From assembly GCF_009914755.1 (NCBI RefSeq), contig NC_060938.1: a DNA stretch of 64,000 bases, one strand, 5' to 3'. The stretch is from the human T2T-CHM13v2.0 reference genome, Homo sapiens. The first letter of the stretch is position 1. Every line of letters begins with the position of its first letter. Position numbers and translations under genes: made by a program. The notes under the pieces are model-generated. The model had not been told where the DNA came from, ran no database searches, and saw nothing but the letters and a program-made list of their open reading frames with translations. Below are positions 39,492-57,000 of the stretch, piece after piece.

Positions 39492-40669
39492 TCAGTGAGC
39501 CATCATCGTGCCACTGCACTCCAGCCTAGGCAACAGAACAAGACCCTGTCTCAAAAAAACAAATAAAAAATAAAATAAAAAAAGATTAGGCTTAGACAGA
39601 AGAAGGCATTTCGTGCAAAAACAAAAGTAAAAGTCGAGGAAAAAGGACAAGTGCAGGATGAAGAAAATTGACAATTGTCTTCCAATAGTCTTTATATTCA
39701 AATAGATGGGGGAGTCACCTGCTAAGGATGAGATGGGATGAAAGGAGTAGGAATTAAAGTTTGGTGGGAGTACCAAGGGAGCTGAGCTGAAATAGGAGAT
39801 ATAAATCTGCATGATTGCATAATTGTCTTCCCCCAAAGCTCAGCAGCCATGATGCAGAAGCAAAGGATGGGTTGTTAGTGCTATTTTAGAGGGTAAATTG
39901 AAAAAGTTTGGCGGGGAGAGAGAGGCCAATGATAGGCACTGAAAGCTCTCAAGTATTTTTCCAAACATCATCAGTTCTAAAGAAATCTTTCACTTCTATC
40001 TTGAGTATTTATTTACAAGAAAAAAAAAAACTAGGTCTTCTTAAAAATAGTTCCTTGGCCCTGAGTGTAGCTGTTCTGTGATGAGATTATTTTAAGCAAA
40101 TTTTATTTTTGGCCTATGGATTACTTCGTAGCAGGGCCATCCTAAATCTGGATAGCAAATGCTAGTTTTGTACTTAATCTAGGGCAAAAGAAGTTTGTGT
40201 AATTTATTATACTCAAATAAACTATTAAATACTTGTAATAGAGTACATGTAAGTACTCTAAGTACATGGAGGAAATGAGTCAAGACTATAGGAAAAAACT
40301 AGAAGAAACTACAGGATAAATTAAAAGTTGATGGTAAGGCTCTGGGGTTGCAGATTTTTAAAAATTTACTGGCAGTTTTAGAATGCTAGTAATATAAAGT
40401 AACTGTTTTAAAATGTACTTTTTTCCCCCTTTAAAACAAGGTATTGCCACCCAAGCAAGAGTGCAGTGGCTCACTGTATCCTCAAACTCTTGGGCTCAGT
40501 CAAACCTCCTACCTCTGCCTCCCAAGTAGCTGGGAATATAGGTACGAGCCACCATGCCCAGCCACTGCTACTTTTAACATAATTCAAACAGCAAGAGATT
40601 TATCATGTCCACAAAATTTAAAATGTTTCCTAAAATATTTATCATTCAGGGAAAACATGAGAGGATTAC

Positions 40670-40831
40670 CTTGTCTTTTGACTGTCCTTGTCGAGCAATT
40701 GCATCATATTTAATTTTTCCTTCAGAATCCACCTGAATGGCCAGCGCATTCGACATTTTTTTCTTTCGTCCCATATCCAGTGGATACTGGGCCACATGGA
40801 TCTCTGGAAAAGCACCTCCATCTCCAAAATC
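40670..40831 (-). CDS. SNW1: SNW1 exon 3
   Basis: gtgtag|GATTTT...GACAAG|gtaatc; DFGDGGAFPEIHVAQYPLDMGRKKKMSNALAIQVDSEGKIKYDAIARQGQSKDK; 162 nt. Confidence 0.97.
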
Positions 40832-41156
40832 CTACACATTAGAAGTAGTTAAATAAAATAGTTAATCATCATTTGACATTCAAGATATATTCATTCATTC
40901 AACAAGTAATTGTTGAGTCCTTAGTATGCTAGATGCTAGAGATACAGCAGAGTTCCCTGCCTCTTGTGGAGTTTACATTCTAGTAGGCAAAGATATAAAA
41001 AACACATTCTTTGGCTTGTGATAAGTACCATGAAGGTAATATAAAAGAAAAAGACTGGGAAAAGGGGCTACTTTTGATAGGGTGGTTGGGGACAGCCTTT
41101 GTGAAGAAGTAACATGTGAGCTAAAGCCTGAATGATTAGAAAGCAGTCATGGGAAG

Positions 41157-41201
41157 ACACACACACACACACACACACACACACCACACACACACACACA
41201 C
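41157..41201. repeat. Interrupted (CA)n microsatellite
   Basis: Directly visible. Confidence 0.95.
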
Positions 41202-43089
41202 AAAGCATTTTCTAGATGGATCAAATAGCCAATGCAAAGGCCCTGCTGCAAGAATGAGCTTGGTATATTTTAGGAAATGAGAATTCAGTGGGGCTAACAG
41301 CTTAATAAGGACAGCAGAGCTTGAGGCACAAGTTACATGAGTAAAAAACACCAGATCACAAAGGGACTTACATGCTACAGCAAGAAAATGTGGATTTCAT
41401 ATATGCAGGACGAAACTAAGTAAAATGGCTAGGACAAGGCAAAATATATGTGTATATATTTTAGCATATAAATACATATTTTAGTGAGGAACAGGTAAAG
41501 CTATACTTGGGGCAGAAATATAAAAGATTTTTTCTTGGAATCAGATTTTATTAACATATTATTTATTCATTGTTATGTGAGAAGCAAATGAATACAATAG
41601 GAAGGATCCAGAAATGAGTTTACTACATTTCTACTAGTGATTATACATAATTATTTAGGAGAGAGAACTGAGACTGCTAAAGTAGAACAAGCTAAATAAA
41701 GTTTGCTGATGAAATGTAGTATTTTAAAAAGGTTTATCAAATAAACATGAGGATCAAGTATAATTTTTAAGTAGTTAAAAAAAATTCAGTAGTATTTGCT
41801 TAGTACACTTTAAACATGATTCACACATGTATTATCTCATTTAATCCTTGTAACTCTTTAACATCATTTTAAATGGAAACATTCAGGCTTAGAAAAATTA
41901 AGCGGTGTTCCTGAGATCTCATAGGTATTATATGCAGCACCTGAACCCAGATCTTTTGAGACTCCGAAAAGCTTTGTATTTTCTACTACTATGAAATACC
42001 TTTCTTTTAGCTCAAAACAGCCAAATGAGTACTATTAAGAAATAATAGAAAACACAAATTAAAATTAATCATTTAGAGGGGGTTTGATGGAAAAAAAAGA
42101 AAATATTCACTTTTACAAGACCTCTTTAAGTAATACTCTGTTAGATCTAAGATATATGAGTTCCTAAGTACAATATGCTTATTTGCTAAAGAGATGTTTG
42201 AAGTTTTTGAAAACCAAGAGAATAAAGCTGAGAGACATTTTCTTGTAAATGAGAAAGAGTTAAAGCATTCCTAAGATAAGTGCTTCCCGTACCCAAGCCA
42301 TCAATCTGACACATGCTTGGATTTGCTAGAGTTTTTCAACTATAATAAGTACTTCAGAACTGTAGCTGTAGCATTATGTGGTCATTAAGCTTGCCAGAAA
42401 ATCATAGCTTTTATTTTGAAAACTAGAACAAAATGCCTTCTTCCACAGAACATTCACTCCCCTCAAGCAGCATCCATAGCATTTCCAGATTAGCTAGCCA
42501 TTTCAACTTGATTTTCAAATAAGTTGTTCTGTTTCACCAGGATATATGAAACCACTGATAGCCAAGTAAGAATCTAAAAATCTAATAGCAACCAAGTATC
42601 GTAATGCTGAAATGCATGGATGAGATTTACATTCTATGTAAGATGATGCCTGTCACCCTCATTGTGCAATGTACTGACAGACCAAACAATATTTATAATG
42701 CCTCAACAGAGACACTCAACTGCTCTATTAGATGATGCCAATCACTACTTTTTTGCCCCAGGTAAGACTCCTTGATAATCTTTCATCTTCCTCTGCCTCC
42801 CACAAATTACACTATCAGAGAGAACAAAAGCAACAAAAATCCCTTAATAATTGCAATATGACTGGCCTTCACACACCAGCATTCATAAGGACCAGAGGAA
42901 AGCTGACAAAAAAGCAACAAAAAGACCTACATGTGGGTTTTTTGGAATACATAGGACAAGATATGATCTAGTTGGGTGTTCCTCTTATAAACTCTAATAA
43001 AGAGTGTGGGGCAGGCGCGGTGGCTCACACCTGTAATCCCAGCACTTTAGGAGGCCGAGGCAGGTGGATCACCTGAAGTCAGGAGTTCA

Positions 43090-43315
<226 letters not shown>

Positions 43316-43338
43316 TTAATTAATGTAAAGGATCCTGA

Positions 43339-43707
<369 letters not shown>

Positions 43708-44305
43708 TAGAGATAGAAAGAGCTATTCCAGATGGTTCCTTCTCCCTCATTGCCTTCAAATCAACCAAATTTTGTCTTATACCCGCAAAAATATATTTAA
43801 TCTATATATCAGATATATATTAACATTCTCAAATTAAAGGTAAGAAAACAGGTGAAGAGAAAGAAATCAGCAAAGGAAGTGCTACTGGAGTTTTCCCTGA
43901 AGGAAAGTTGTCTCTTCAGGGTTATGTGGTATTATCGGAGGGGAGGAGGAGGAGGAGGAGCCCAAATATGAAATCCACTTTCATCTCTCTTATCTTTTAC
44001 TTTCCCATTATTTTCCGTAATTCCTGAATTTATAAAATATTAGTTTTCTTGTAAATATTTAATAGTTTGATATAGGAATAGACAAATGGTACAGTTCTCT
44101 AGTGACCACAAAGCAGTGATAGATAATAAGCAAAAAGAAAATGATACATCTTCTGAGGGAAATATACATCTTGAGAGCACATAACCAGAATTTCTATCAC
44201 ACTGACATTCATAATCAGAGGTTCTAACATTTAAATTTATGTTATAGTGTGCTATAATAAATTTCAGCACAATTTAACAAATCTAAACTTAAGATCTATA
44301 TGTAC

Positions 44306-44459
44306 CTCTAATAACCGAGGTATCCAGCCTTTCCGGTATCCGTACGGGGGAGGTTCTCTTCGGGAGGAGACCAGTGAGGTCTGCCGTGATCTCTGGGATC
44401 TTGCCTTTTCTTCAGCCTCAAGCTGGTCCTGAGATAGCTGAGTAGGTGCAGGTAAAAAG
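44306..44459 (-). CDS. SNW1: SNW1 exon 2
   Basis: cttatag|CTTTTTA...TTAGAG|gtacat; FLPAPTQLSQDQLEAEEKARSQRSRQTSLVSSRREPPPYGYRKGWIPRLLE; 154 nt. Confidence 0.96.
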
Positions 44460-44743
44460 CTATAAGCAAAGATAATAAAAGTCAGAAATTTAAAAAACTC
44501 TTATGTTTAATTTGACCACTGCAACTTGGCCACAGAGACAATTTTTCCTACGATGCTTTTACTTTTCAGAAAAAGAGCAGATTTTTCAATGATTTATGGT
44601 AGTACTCAATACTAGCCATTTTATAATATGTGGAAGACAGAAGTACTCAAAGATACACAGTAAAAACATCTGACTAGGACAACAGCAAATGATGTCCAGA
44701 ATAAAAAATTAACAGATATTTCACATAACAGACAAACTCTTAA

Positions 44744-46245
<1,502 letters not shown>

Positions 46246-47246
46246 CCTTAGAGGCCAAAGAATCAAAGCAGAAGCCCTGAAGATGCAGCTTATTCTTTAG
46301 TCAAGGTAACCTTTCTACTAAATGGTTCTTAACAACTTTTAAGTATTAAAGTATTACAGTGATACTCCAAAGTATTACAAAAGGATCCTGATGGATGAAT
46401 ATGGAGAAAATAACCTTAGTTCCTTTGTGATTCTTGGATAGTAAGCATACCTAAGTAGCAGAGCTTATTAATTATTCAAAAATATTTATTATTTGGGTAC
46501 AAGCACTATGCTAGGCATGAGACTATAAATGGAGAAAGACAGCTTAGTCTTGCAGACAGAGACCAAAAAAAAAAAAATCACACAAATCTATAATTACACA
46601 TTATGTTAAGTTATGATGGAAAAATATAGATGCTATGACAGTCTACATGAGAGGGATCTAATCCAGTCTGGGGAGGTAAGTGATGGCTAGGCTCAGAATT
46701 CAGATCCGACCTATGCCACTTACTAACCTGGATAAGCTACTTACCTCTCTGAATCTGTTTTCTCATCTGTAATAATAGTTCATAAGAGTATCTACTTCAT
46801 AAGGTTCTTATAAGTATTAAATGAGAGAAATCCATGAACCAGTTGGTATAGTATCTAGACACTTTCAATACAGGTTCTGTATGTTTGATTATTTCAGGGC
46901 TGTTCCATGACTCCTCCAGTTTGGGTTAACTGCCTGTCTCTATGCTCCCCCAAAACGCTCTACATACCACTACTACAACATTACCTTACTGTATTGCAAT
47001 CATCTACTCATTTAACTATTCTGTTTTCATGAGACTGTGAGCAGCTCTGCAGGAATCACGCCTTATGCTTCTTTCATCCCTAATGCTCCAAGACTTCTAG
47101 CTCACAGCTCGAGCTCCTTAAATGTTGTAGGAGAAATAAATACACTCTTCCCCAGCACTCACCATCTTTATTTCACTACAGCCTTCTTATCTTTTCTTAA
47201 ACAAGCCATCTCAGGATCTTTACATTGGCTATTCCTTCTGCCATCA

Positions 47247-47799
<553 letters not shown>

Positions 47800-48065
47800 C
47801 CAGATCTTTCAACAGCTTGCATCTCAGCACTCTTGTCTCTGCTCAGTTACCTCTCTCTAGAGCTGTTTTCTGACCACCTTACCCAAAATAGCCACTTCAC
47901 CCCAAACTCTGAGTCACTCTCTAACCCGGTCTTTATTTTATTCCTAGCATGTATTACGTGAAATTGCATTATGATTTTACTCACTCTGTCCCATTAGAAT
48001 GTAAGCTAATTAGAATTCTGTCCCACTAGAATTCCAATTCTGTCCCATTAGAGTGTAAGCTCCAT

Positions 48066-48480
48066 GTGGATAGAGTATAAAATTAAAACAAACTCAGTTT
48101 CTCCTATTATTTCACTCAACAATCAACAACACACAACACTTCTGATACCAGATGTGTGATGGTTTTTCCCCACATATCAAGCAAGCTATCAACTGTGTCT
48201 ACTGGACACCAGTCAAGTGTCCTCTAATTCAATTCAATTTTGATGTTATCTACCTGGAGATACTGTCAGATGTTACAGGTTGAAGGCTCAGTCCCACAAG
48301 ACTGCCCTTACTTCAGATGCCAACAGTAGGTCCAAGGCCACTGGCCAACTAACTACAAACCAGGGTTCCCATGACCTCATCTTCAGGTTCAACTAATTTG
48401 CTAGGGCAGCTCACAGAACTCAGGGAAATGTGTTTACTGATTTAAAGGATATTACAAAGAATACTGAGGAACACCAGATG
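48066..48480. mobile_element. LTR relic, MER21-like
   Basis: GGCTCAGTCCCACAAGACTGCCC...TTTGCTAGGGCAGCTCACAGAACTCAGGGAAA; family assignment from memory. Confidence 0.5.
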
Positions 48481-50390
48481 GTAGGTATGGAAAGCTCTGG
48501 AGTCCTCAAGACTGGCCATTTAAAGATCGCATTCTGCCACTGCAATTTTAAGCACGCAATACCCATGACAGGTCAGATGATGTGGTGGCTCACGCCAGTA
48601 ATGCCAGCACTGTGGGAGGCTGAGATGGGTAGATCAGATCAGTTAAGCCCAGTTCAAGACCAGGCTGGGCAACATGGCAAAACCCCATCTCTACTAAAAA
48701 AAACAAAAATTAACTGGGCATCATGGCAAGCGTCTAGAGTCCCAGCTACTCTAGGGCGCTGAGGCAGGAGGATCACCTGAGCCTTGGGAGGTTGAGGCTG
48801 CAGTGGGCTGTGATTGGGCCACTGCACTCCAGCCTGGGCAAGAGTGAGACCCTATATCAAAAAATAAAATAAATAAAAAATACCCATGACATCTCTAGAA
48901 ATTTTTCCTGTGTGTCCATTTCAAATTCCACCTTTTCCACAAAGTCTCCCCTCATAACTTTACTAGTCTATGACACAGTGTCTCACACCTGGGGAGCACT
49001 CAAATGTTTGCTGCCTGTAACATTTACTAAACAAACTCTTGGCTGGGCATGGTAGCTCATGCCTGCAATCCCAGCACTTTGGGAGGCCTAGGTGAGAAGA
49101 TTGATGGAGGCCAACAGTTGGAGACCACTCTGGCCAACGCAGTAACACCCTATTTCTAGTTTTTTTTAAAAAAAAATTTCAGATGCCGGGCATGGTGGCT
49201 CATGCCTGTAATCCTAGCACTTTCGGAGGCCGAGACAGGAGGACTGCTTGAGGCCAAGAATTCAAGACCAACCTGGCCAACACAGCGAGACCGCATCTCA
49301 AAAAATAAAGTTAAAAAAAAAAGCAAAAAAATTTTAGAAACGACGGTGGGGAGAAAACTCTCCAGCCCACATAACTTATTCCATTCAATTCTTTTTGCAC
49401 TAAGGTTAGTATTACACAAATGCACATTTTGTGTTCTGTAATTGTTTTATGTCTGTATACCTTGCACCCCTATCTTCCCTGTTGCCAAAGACAGATTTTC
49501 TTCTGTGTACACAACCCCCAGGACAGAGCAAGGCACCAACAGTAATTCCCAAAATAATTTTTTGATTAAAACTTTTGGAGTCATACTGTCATCAGCCAGA
49601 AAAAAAAACATGCGTGAGGAGAATGAAGGGTGTTAAAAGAGCTCAAGCTGATGTCCTAAAAGGATTACTTTATCTATAACCTTCCTGAACACTAGCCTTT
49701 TCCTGTTGAGTTCGCATGTAAAGTTTTTCCACTTAAAATGGGGCAGCAAGGCTGGGAACTAGTAGGAGTAGCGTAACTTCTCGGACTCTCCCACTGAAAA
49801 GCATCTTTTTCTTAAAGGCGGAGAGCACTTTACAGACGGTTACTAAGGTAACCGGAAACAGCAAAACTGAGGTGGTTCTATCTACGGAAGAAATTCTAAG
49901 CTCCAAAGTTAAAATGCGGAGCAGTGGCGCATATCAGCAGACGGCGGTCACTACTGTGGCTCATTTAAATCTGTGTTCAGCTCCGGGCCTCTTTTTTCAG
50001 GAATCCTTGTTTCGGGACACCCAGTGGACAGCGAAAGGAGAGAGACCACCACAGGCAAACGGCCGGAAAGCCGCGCAGTCGCAGCCCGCGCGCTTCACTC
50101 CGCCCAAATAAGCCACTACCGTCACCAACCCCATCTCGTTCGCCCGAGCCGCGGACCTGAGGGAGCGCTGTCCGCTCCCCGCAAGATGCTCACGCGAAAA
50201 ACCCACTCTTCAGTGTCTGAGACCACTCCGCAGCTTTCGGCCTCGGTGAGCGGGTGAACTAAACCCGGGAAACCGCTGAAAGACCCCAGCTTCGACTAGG
50301 CCTAGTCGTAGCGGCGGCCAGCGGGAGGGCGTAGCCGTAGTCTTGGCCCACGTCATTCTGTGCCCCGGGTCAGGTCACCGCCCGGAGGGT

Positions 50391-50464
50391 ATGGGAAGAG
50401 AAATGAAGAAGACTGGTACTCCCAGACCCTTCCGTATCGAGGACCCCAATCAACAACCCACCTG
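50391..50464 (+). CDS. C14orf178: C14orf178 putative ORF, first coding exon (antisense within SNW1 intron 1/exon 1)
   Basis: ATG GGA AGA...ACC TG|gtgagc; MGREMKKTGTPRPFRIEDPNQQPT(W). Matches the C14orf178 N-terminus as I recall it; whether it is actually translated is uncertain. Confidence 0.7.
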
Positions 50465-50475
50465 GTGAGCGCCAT
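50462..50475 (-). CDS. SNW1: SNW1 exon 1 coding part (start codon)
   Basis: AAGATGGCGCTCACCAG|gtgggt; MALT(S), strong Kozak context (A at -3, G at +4). The 14 exons sum to 1611 nt = 536 aa + stop, with consistent phases. Confidence 0.95.
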
Positions 50476-50485
50476 CTTCTTCCGC
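50470..50485 (+). promoter_or_regulatory. YY1 motif overlapping the SNW1 ATG, plus adjacent ETS/GABP core
   Basis: CGCCATCTT (YY1 CGCCATnTT) at 50470-50478; on the - strand GCGGAAG lies just upstream of the ATG. Confidence 0.55.
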
Positions 50486-50561
50486 TTCTTCCAGCGCGAG
50501 CGACAGCACCGCTGGGCGGGTCTTTCCAGATGATGAGGAGCGGAAAGGAAGGAGTGCGCGA

Positions 50562-50572
50562 TGCGCAGGCGC
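50562..50572 (+). promoter_or_regulatory. NRF1 motif
   Basis: TGCGCAGGCGC matches the NRF1 consensus TGCGCAnGCGC. Confidence 0.65.
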
Positions 50573-50584
50573 TCTGGCCGAAAA

Positions 50585-50606
50585 GGCCTTCTGGGATTTG
50601 TAGTTC
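50585..50606 (-). promoter_or_regulatory. ZNF143/THAP11 (SBS, ACTACAnnTCCCA) motif
   Basis: Reverse complement reads GAACTACAAATCCCAGAAGGCC, matching the extended SBS consensus typical of CpG/bidirectional promoters. Confidence 0.75.
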
Positions 50607-51009
50607 TTTGAACAGGAGTACCGTTTGTATTCTGACCAGACCAAGCGGTTATCAAGGAATAATCTCTTCAGCTAGCAACAAATGCATAACTCGATCGCTT
50701 ATATGCGACATGATAGGGCGTTCCCTAGGCAAAATATCAAAGATACAGGGAGATGCCTTTTAGGCCGCTTTATTACGTTCCTTACTCAGTCCCGTTCCCC
50801 GAGAAGGGGTACAAAATACAAAAGCTTCCCGGGGACAGCTGCTTTAAGTAAGAGTGATAGGGCGTTTAAAACGACAGGTAATAATGAGACTAGCTAATGG
50901 AGAGTTCTTGGACTCTCTGAAAACATTCACACTCAAAACTTTTCTTTAAACCATATCCTCTCACCCGCCAAAACACTCTCTTGGGGAGATATTTCGTAAT
51001 CCTTGGTAA

Positions 51010-52002
<993 letters not shown>

Positions 52003-54185
52003 AGCATGTAAACCAAAAAAACAAAAAGAAAAAATCTTTTGGTAAATACAGGATTGTTAATCACATTGTGTAATATAACCTGCATGGCCTGGGAGCCCGA
52101 AGATTAGAGTTTAAGATGTAGCTTTGGCTGGGTGTGGTGGCTTGTGCCTTTAATCCCAGCACTTTGGGAGGCTGAGGCGGGCAGATCACTTGAGGTCGGG
52201 AGTTTGAGACCAGCCTGACCAACATGGAGAAACTGCGTCTCTACTGAAAATACAAAATTAGCCGGGCGTGGTGGTGCTTGCCTGTAATCCCAGCTACTCG
52301 GGAGGCCGAGGCAGGAGAATCGCTTGAACTCGGGAGGCGGAAGTTGTGGTGAGCCGAGATCGTGCGTCGTTGCACTCTAGCCTGAGCAACAAGAGTGAAA
52401 CTGTCTCAGAAAAAAAAAAAAAAAAAAAAAAAAGATGTAGCTTCAGCACCAATAAATTCTTATAGGGCAAGTCATTTAATTTATTTGGGCCCCAGTTTTA
52501 TTGAACTTAAAATGCTGATCATGTTATCTGCTTTACCTATATTTATATAAATGTAAAATAATTATATACAATACAGCAGAGTATGAGCCTTAAATGAGGT
52601 AATGTAGGTGGATATGTTTTTACTTAACTCTTAAGTACTATGTAAATATGTTAGTTATTACAGTTAATATTTTGGTTGACAGTGATCTACTTCAACCTCT
52701 GCTCCAGGAATGTATTATTTCTAAAAGGAGAAAAACAGAGAAGCAAATTATAGAACGTCCTGGAAGCCAAGATCAAGGAGCTTAGATTTAGTTCAGCAGG
52801 TGATTTGCAGCTGAAGGAGGACTTAAGTAGAGGGCCTGGGTCAAAGGAACAGGCAAGAAAGACAATTCTTAAGGCAGAATGGGTTTCTATGGCAATGAGA
52901 GACAAAGGAGGCTACCGAGGACAAGGTTAAAATAATTAACATGGGAAATCAGTAAGACATAGACCAAGACCTGGGATGCAGGATTGAAAGAACAGGGTGG
53001 AGAAGAGCTTTTGCAATCCACTCTCATTTTCCACAGAGGCACATCATGCAAGGCATTTCCACCAGTCATAGTCCCTCGCTGTTTTGGGGGTGTGTAAAGA
53101 ATAGAAACTGACTTTAATAGCAATCCTATCAAAACAATTAAGAAAGCAAATCTACTGCAAACGTGTTACAATATTATACCCAAAGGCCTAGTGCTTTCTT
53201 TGGTTTTGTTGGGGAGGGGGTTTGGTGTTAAGCTATGCTGAATCTTCAGTGCCTATCCATCCCTCATTATCATAGGTAATTAGCAGCTGCCTGCTCATGT
53301 AGAGAGCCCAGTGCATGCTGGAATCAGTAATGCGCCAGGTTGCAAGAAGCAATCAATTCACTCCAGTCTTAGAATTCTGGATAGAGAGTAGAATTGTTCT
53401 CAGAGAACCTAGGGCCTAATTTGATTCCTAAGTAGGTGTGGCTATGTAGCCACAAGTAATATAGCTTGTGAGGTGGTAGGGAGGACAAGTTAAGCACATA
53501 TTCTGGAGTCAGCTTTCCTGCCTTCTGATCCCAGCTCCCTAATTTATGAGCTGTAGATTCTGGATAAGTCACTTCTCTCTGTCTCAGTTTTCTCACTGGC
53601 CAATAAAAAGGGTGAGGGGCGTGGAATCAGTATAACTTATCCTCAATAAAGCTATTGGGAGGATTAAATGAGTTAATCATGTGAAGTGCTTGGAAAAATG
53701 CCCAGCATAGAGTAAGCGCTCAAAAATTAATTATGCTTTCTGGCTTTAATGAATTGGCCTTAATTTATTAAGGTTCAGGTTTTGCATCTGCAAAGTGAGG
53801 CAGTTGAACTCAATTTTATTTCTGGGGTACCTTCCCACTAACATTTTCTACTATAGGATGTTTTTTTAAATTTACTTCAATGCCAGTATTTTATGCTCTG
53901 ATGCCATTATGCTTTAGTTATTATGGCTATATTATTATAATCATTCTCTGATAAAAAGTAGAGCTGCTCCACCTCACCGTTCTTACTTTTTGGATGTGTT
54001 TTACGTGCCCTCTCAATGTTTAAAATTTTTTTTTAATTAAAATATTGGTTTGCATTAAAGCATAGTTAAAAAGGCTAGAGCCAATGATTACTTAGGAACT
54101 GCGAAAGAAATAACGTATCTTTACGATGGAGAGATTTGGCTGTCATCACTTTTGCTTCACTAACAGTGGAACAATCTGACACTAG

Positions 54186-54611
<426 letters not shown>

Positions 54612-54999
54612 TGAGGAAACAATCAGTAAAATCCAGAATGTGAGACATTCTACAAGACAACTGACTGAGACTCTACAAAATGTCAATGTCATGGAATGGA
54701 TGTGAATAGAATAGATGAAAACAGATTGATGAGACATGACACATAAAATTAGTAAACCTTGATGGGATTCTGGTTCAGTTGGGGAAAACTATAAAAAATA
54801 TTCTTGGGACATTTGGAGAAAGTTGCATATGGAGTGATAATAGACAACATTGTAGAATTTTTGCTAAATTTCTTAGGAGTATTAATGACATTGTGGTTAA
54901 GTAGAAGAACGTTCTTATTCTTGGGAGATGCATGCCAGAGGATTTGGGGATGAAATGTGTCAACTTACTTTCTTCTTTTTTGTTTGTTTTTTGTTTTGA

Positions 55000-55254
<255 letters not shown>

Positions 55255-55465
55255 TAGGCCTGAGCCACTATGCCCAGCCTCAATTTACTTTCAAATAGTT
55301 TATCTCAACAACAAAAAATGTGTGTGTGTGTGTGTTTATAGTGAGAGAGTGTGAGAGAGCATGAAAGGGAAAGCAAAATGTTAACAATTATTTAAGCTTA
55401 GATGGGGGAGTGTGGACTGTATAGGTGTTTATTGAACTATTGTTTCAACTTTTATATATATATGA

Positions 55466-55600
<135 letters not shown>

Positions 55601-55769
55601 TAGGACTACAGGCATGTGCCACCAGGCCTGGCTAATTTATTTTTTGTAGAGACAGGGTCTCACTATGTTGCCCAGGCTGGTCTTGAACTCCCGGACTGAA
55701 GTGATCCTCCTGCCTGGCATCCCAAAGTGATGTAAGCCACTGCACCCAGCCCTGAAAATTTTTATAATA

Positions 55770-57000
55770 AAAATTTAAGAAGAGGAAAGTTGTAGAACTC
55801 ACATTTCCCAATTTCAGAAACCTACTACAAAGCTGCAGTAATCAAGACAGTGTGGTACTGGCATAAGGATAGACTCATAGATCAATGGAATAAAATTGAG
55901 AGTCCTGAAATAAACCCATATGTTTATGGTGAACTGATTTTTGACAAGGGTACCAAGACCATCTAAAACTATTATTGACATAGTTTTTTCAACAAATGGT
56001 GCTGGGAAACTGTATGTCTAAATGCAAAAGAATGCAGTTGGACCCTTGCTTCACGCCCTATACAAAAATTAACTCAAAATAACTCAAAGACCTAAATGTG
56101 AAAACTAAAACTATAAAACTCTTAGAAGAAAACACAGGGGTCAATCTTCATGATCTTGGATTTGGCAAAGAATTCTTAGATAAGATACAAAAAGCATAAA
56201 CAACAAAGGAAAAAATAGAGAAATTGGACTAAATCAAAAGTTAAGGTTTTGTGCTTCAAAGGACATCATCAAGAAAGTGAAGGGCCGGGCATGGTGGCTC
56301 ACGCCTGTAATCCCAGCACTTTGGGAGGCCGAGGCAGGCGGATCACGAGGTCAGGAGATCGAGACGATCCTGGCTAACATGGTGAAACCCCATCTCTACT
56401 AAAAATACAAAAATTAGCCGGGTGTAGTGGCGGGCACCTGTAGTCCCAGCTACTCAGAAGGCTGAGGCAGGAGAGTGGCGTGAACCCAGGAGGCAGAACT
56501 TGTAGTGAGCCAAGATTGTGCCACTGCACTCCAGCCTGGGCAACAGAGCGAGACTCCGTCTAAAAAAAAAAAAAAAAAAAAAGAAAGAAAGTGAAAAGTC
56601 CCAAGACCTTCAGGCAAACAAAGACATTCCTATTAGGCATGACATTTCAGGAGTTTAGAGATTACTTCCAAGAAGCTAAGGACAAAAGCCAGATCTCTCT
56701 TTGGACAAGGTTAAATTTGTTACTACAGAAGCCTTGAAAACATTATGCTAAATGAAAGAAGCCTGTCACAAAAGACCAGATATTGTATTATTACCTTTAT
56801 ATAAAATGTTCAGAATAAACAAATCCTGTGGGGGTGTTAGGAAAGGTCAATAATTGTTAATGGGTATGAGTTTCTTTTGGGGGAGGGTTGAAAAATTAGT
56901 GGTGATGGTTGTTCAACTTTGAATATACTAAACGCCTCTAATCTGCATACTTTAATAAGGTGATTTTATGGTGCGTGAACTACATTTCAATAAAGCTGTA
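55770..57000 (+). mobile_element. L1M ORF2/3' fragments interrupted by AluY (56283-56590) and an LTR fragment
   Basis: TACTACAAAGCTGCAGTAATCAAGACAGTGTGGTACTGGCATAAGGATAGAC...AACAAATGGTGCTGGG (L1 ORF2). Confidence 0.75.

Larger units (their letters stand above)
49900..50720. promoter_or_regulatory. CpG island / SNW1-C14orf178 promoter region
   Basis: Sharp rise in GC and intact CpG dinucleotides, non-repeat sequence surrounding SNW1 exon 1. Boundaries are approximate. Confidence 0.85.

Noticed and set aside
40100-40150. U6-like or Sm-site-plus-hairpin small RNA relic (GCAGGGCCATCCTAAATC)
   Set aside because: The similarity is too short and gapped, with no tail or TSD; chance cannot be excluded.
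49872-50897. Several ORFs across the CpG island
   Set aside because: Expected in GC-rich promoter DNA; only the SNW1 exon 1 and C14orf178 frames have matching splice sites.
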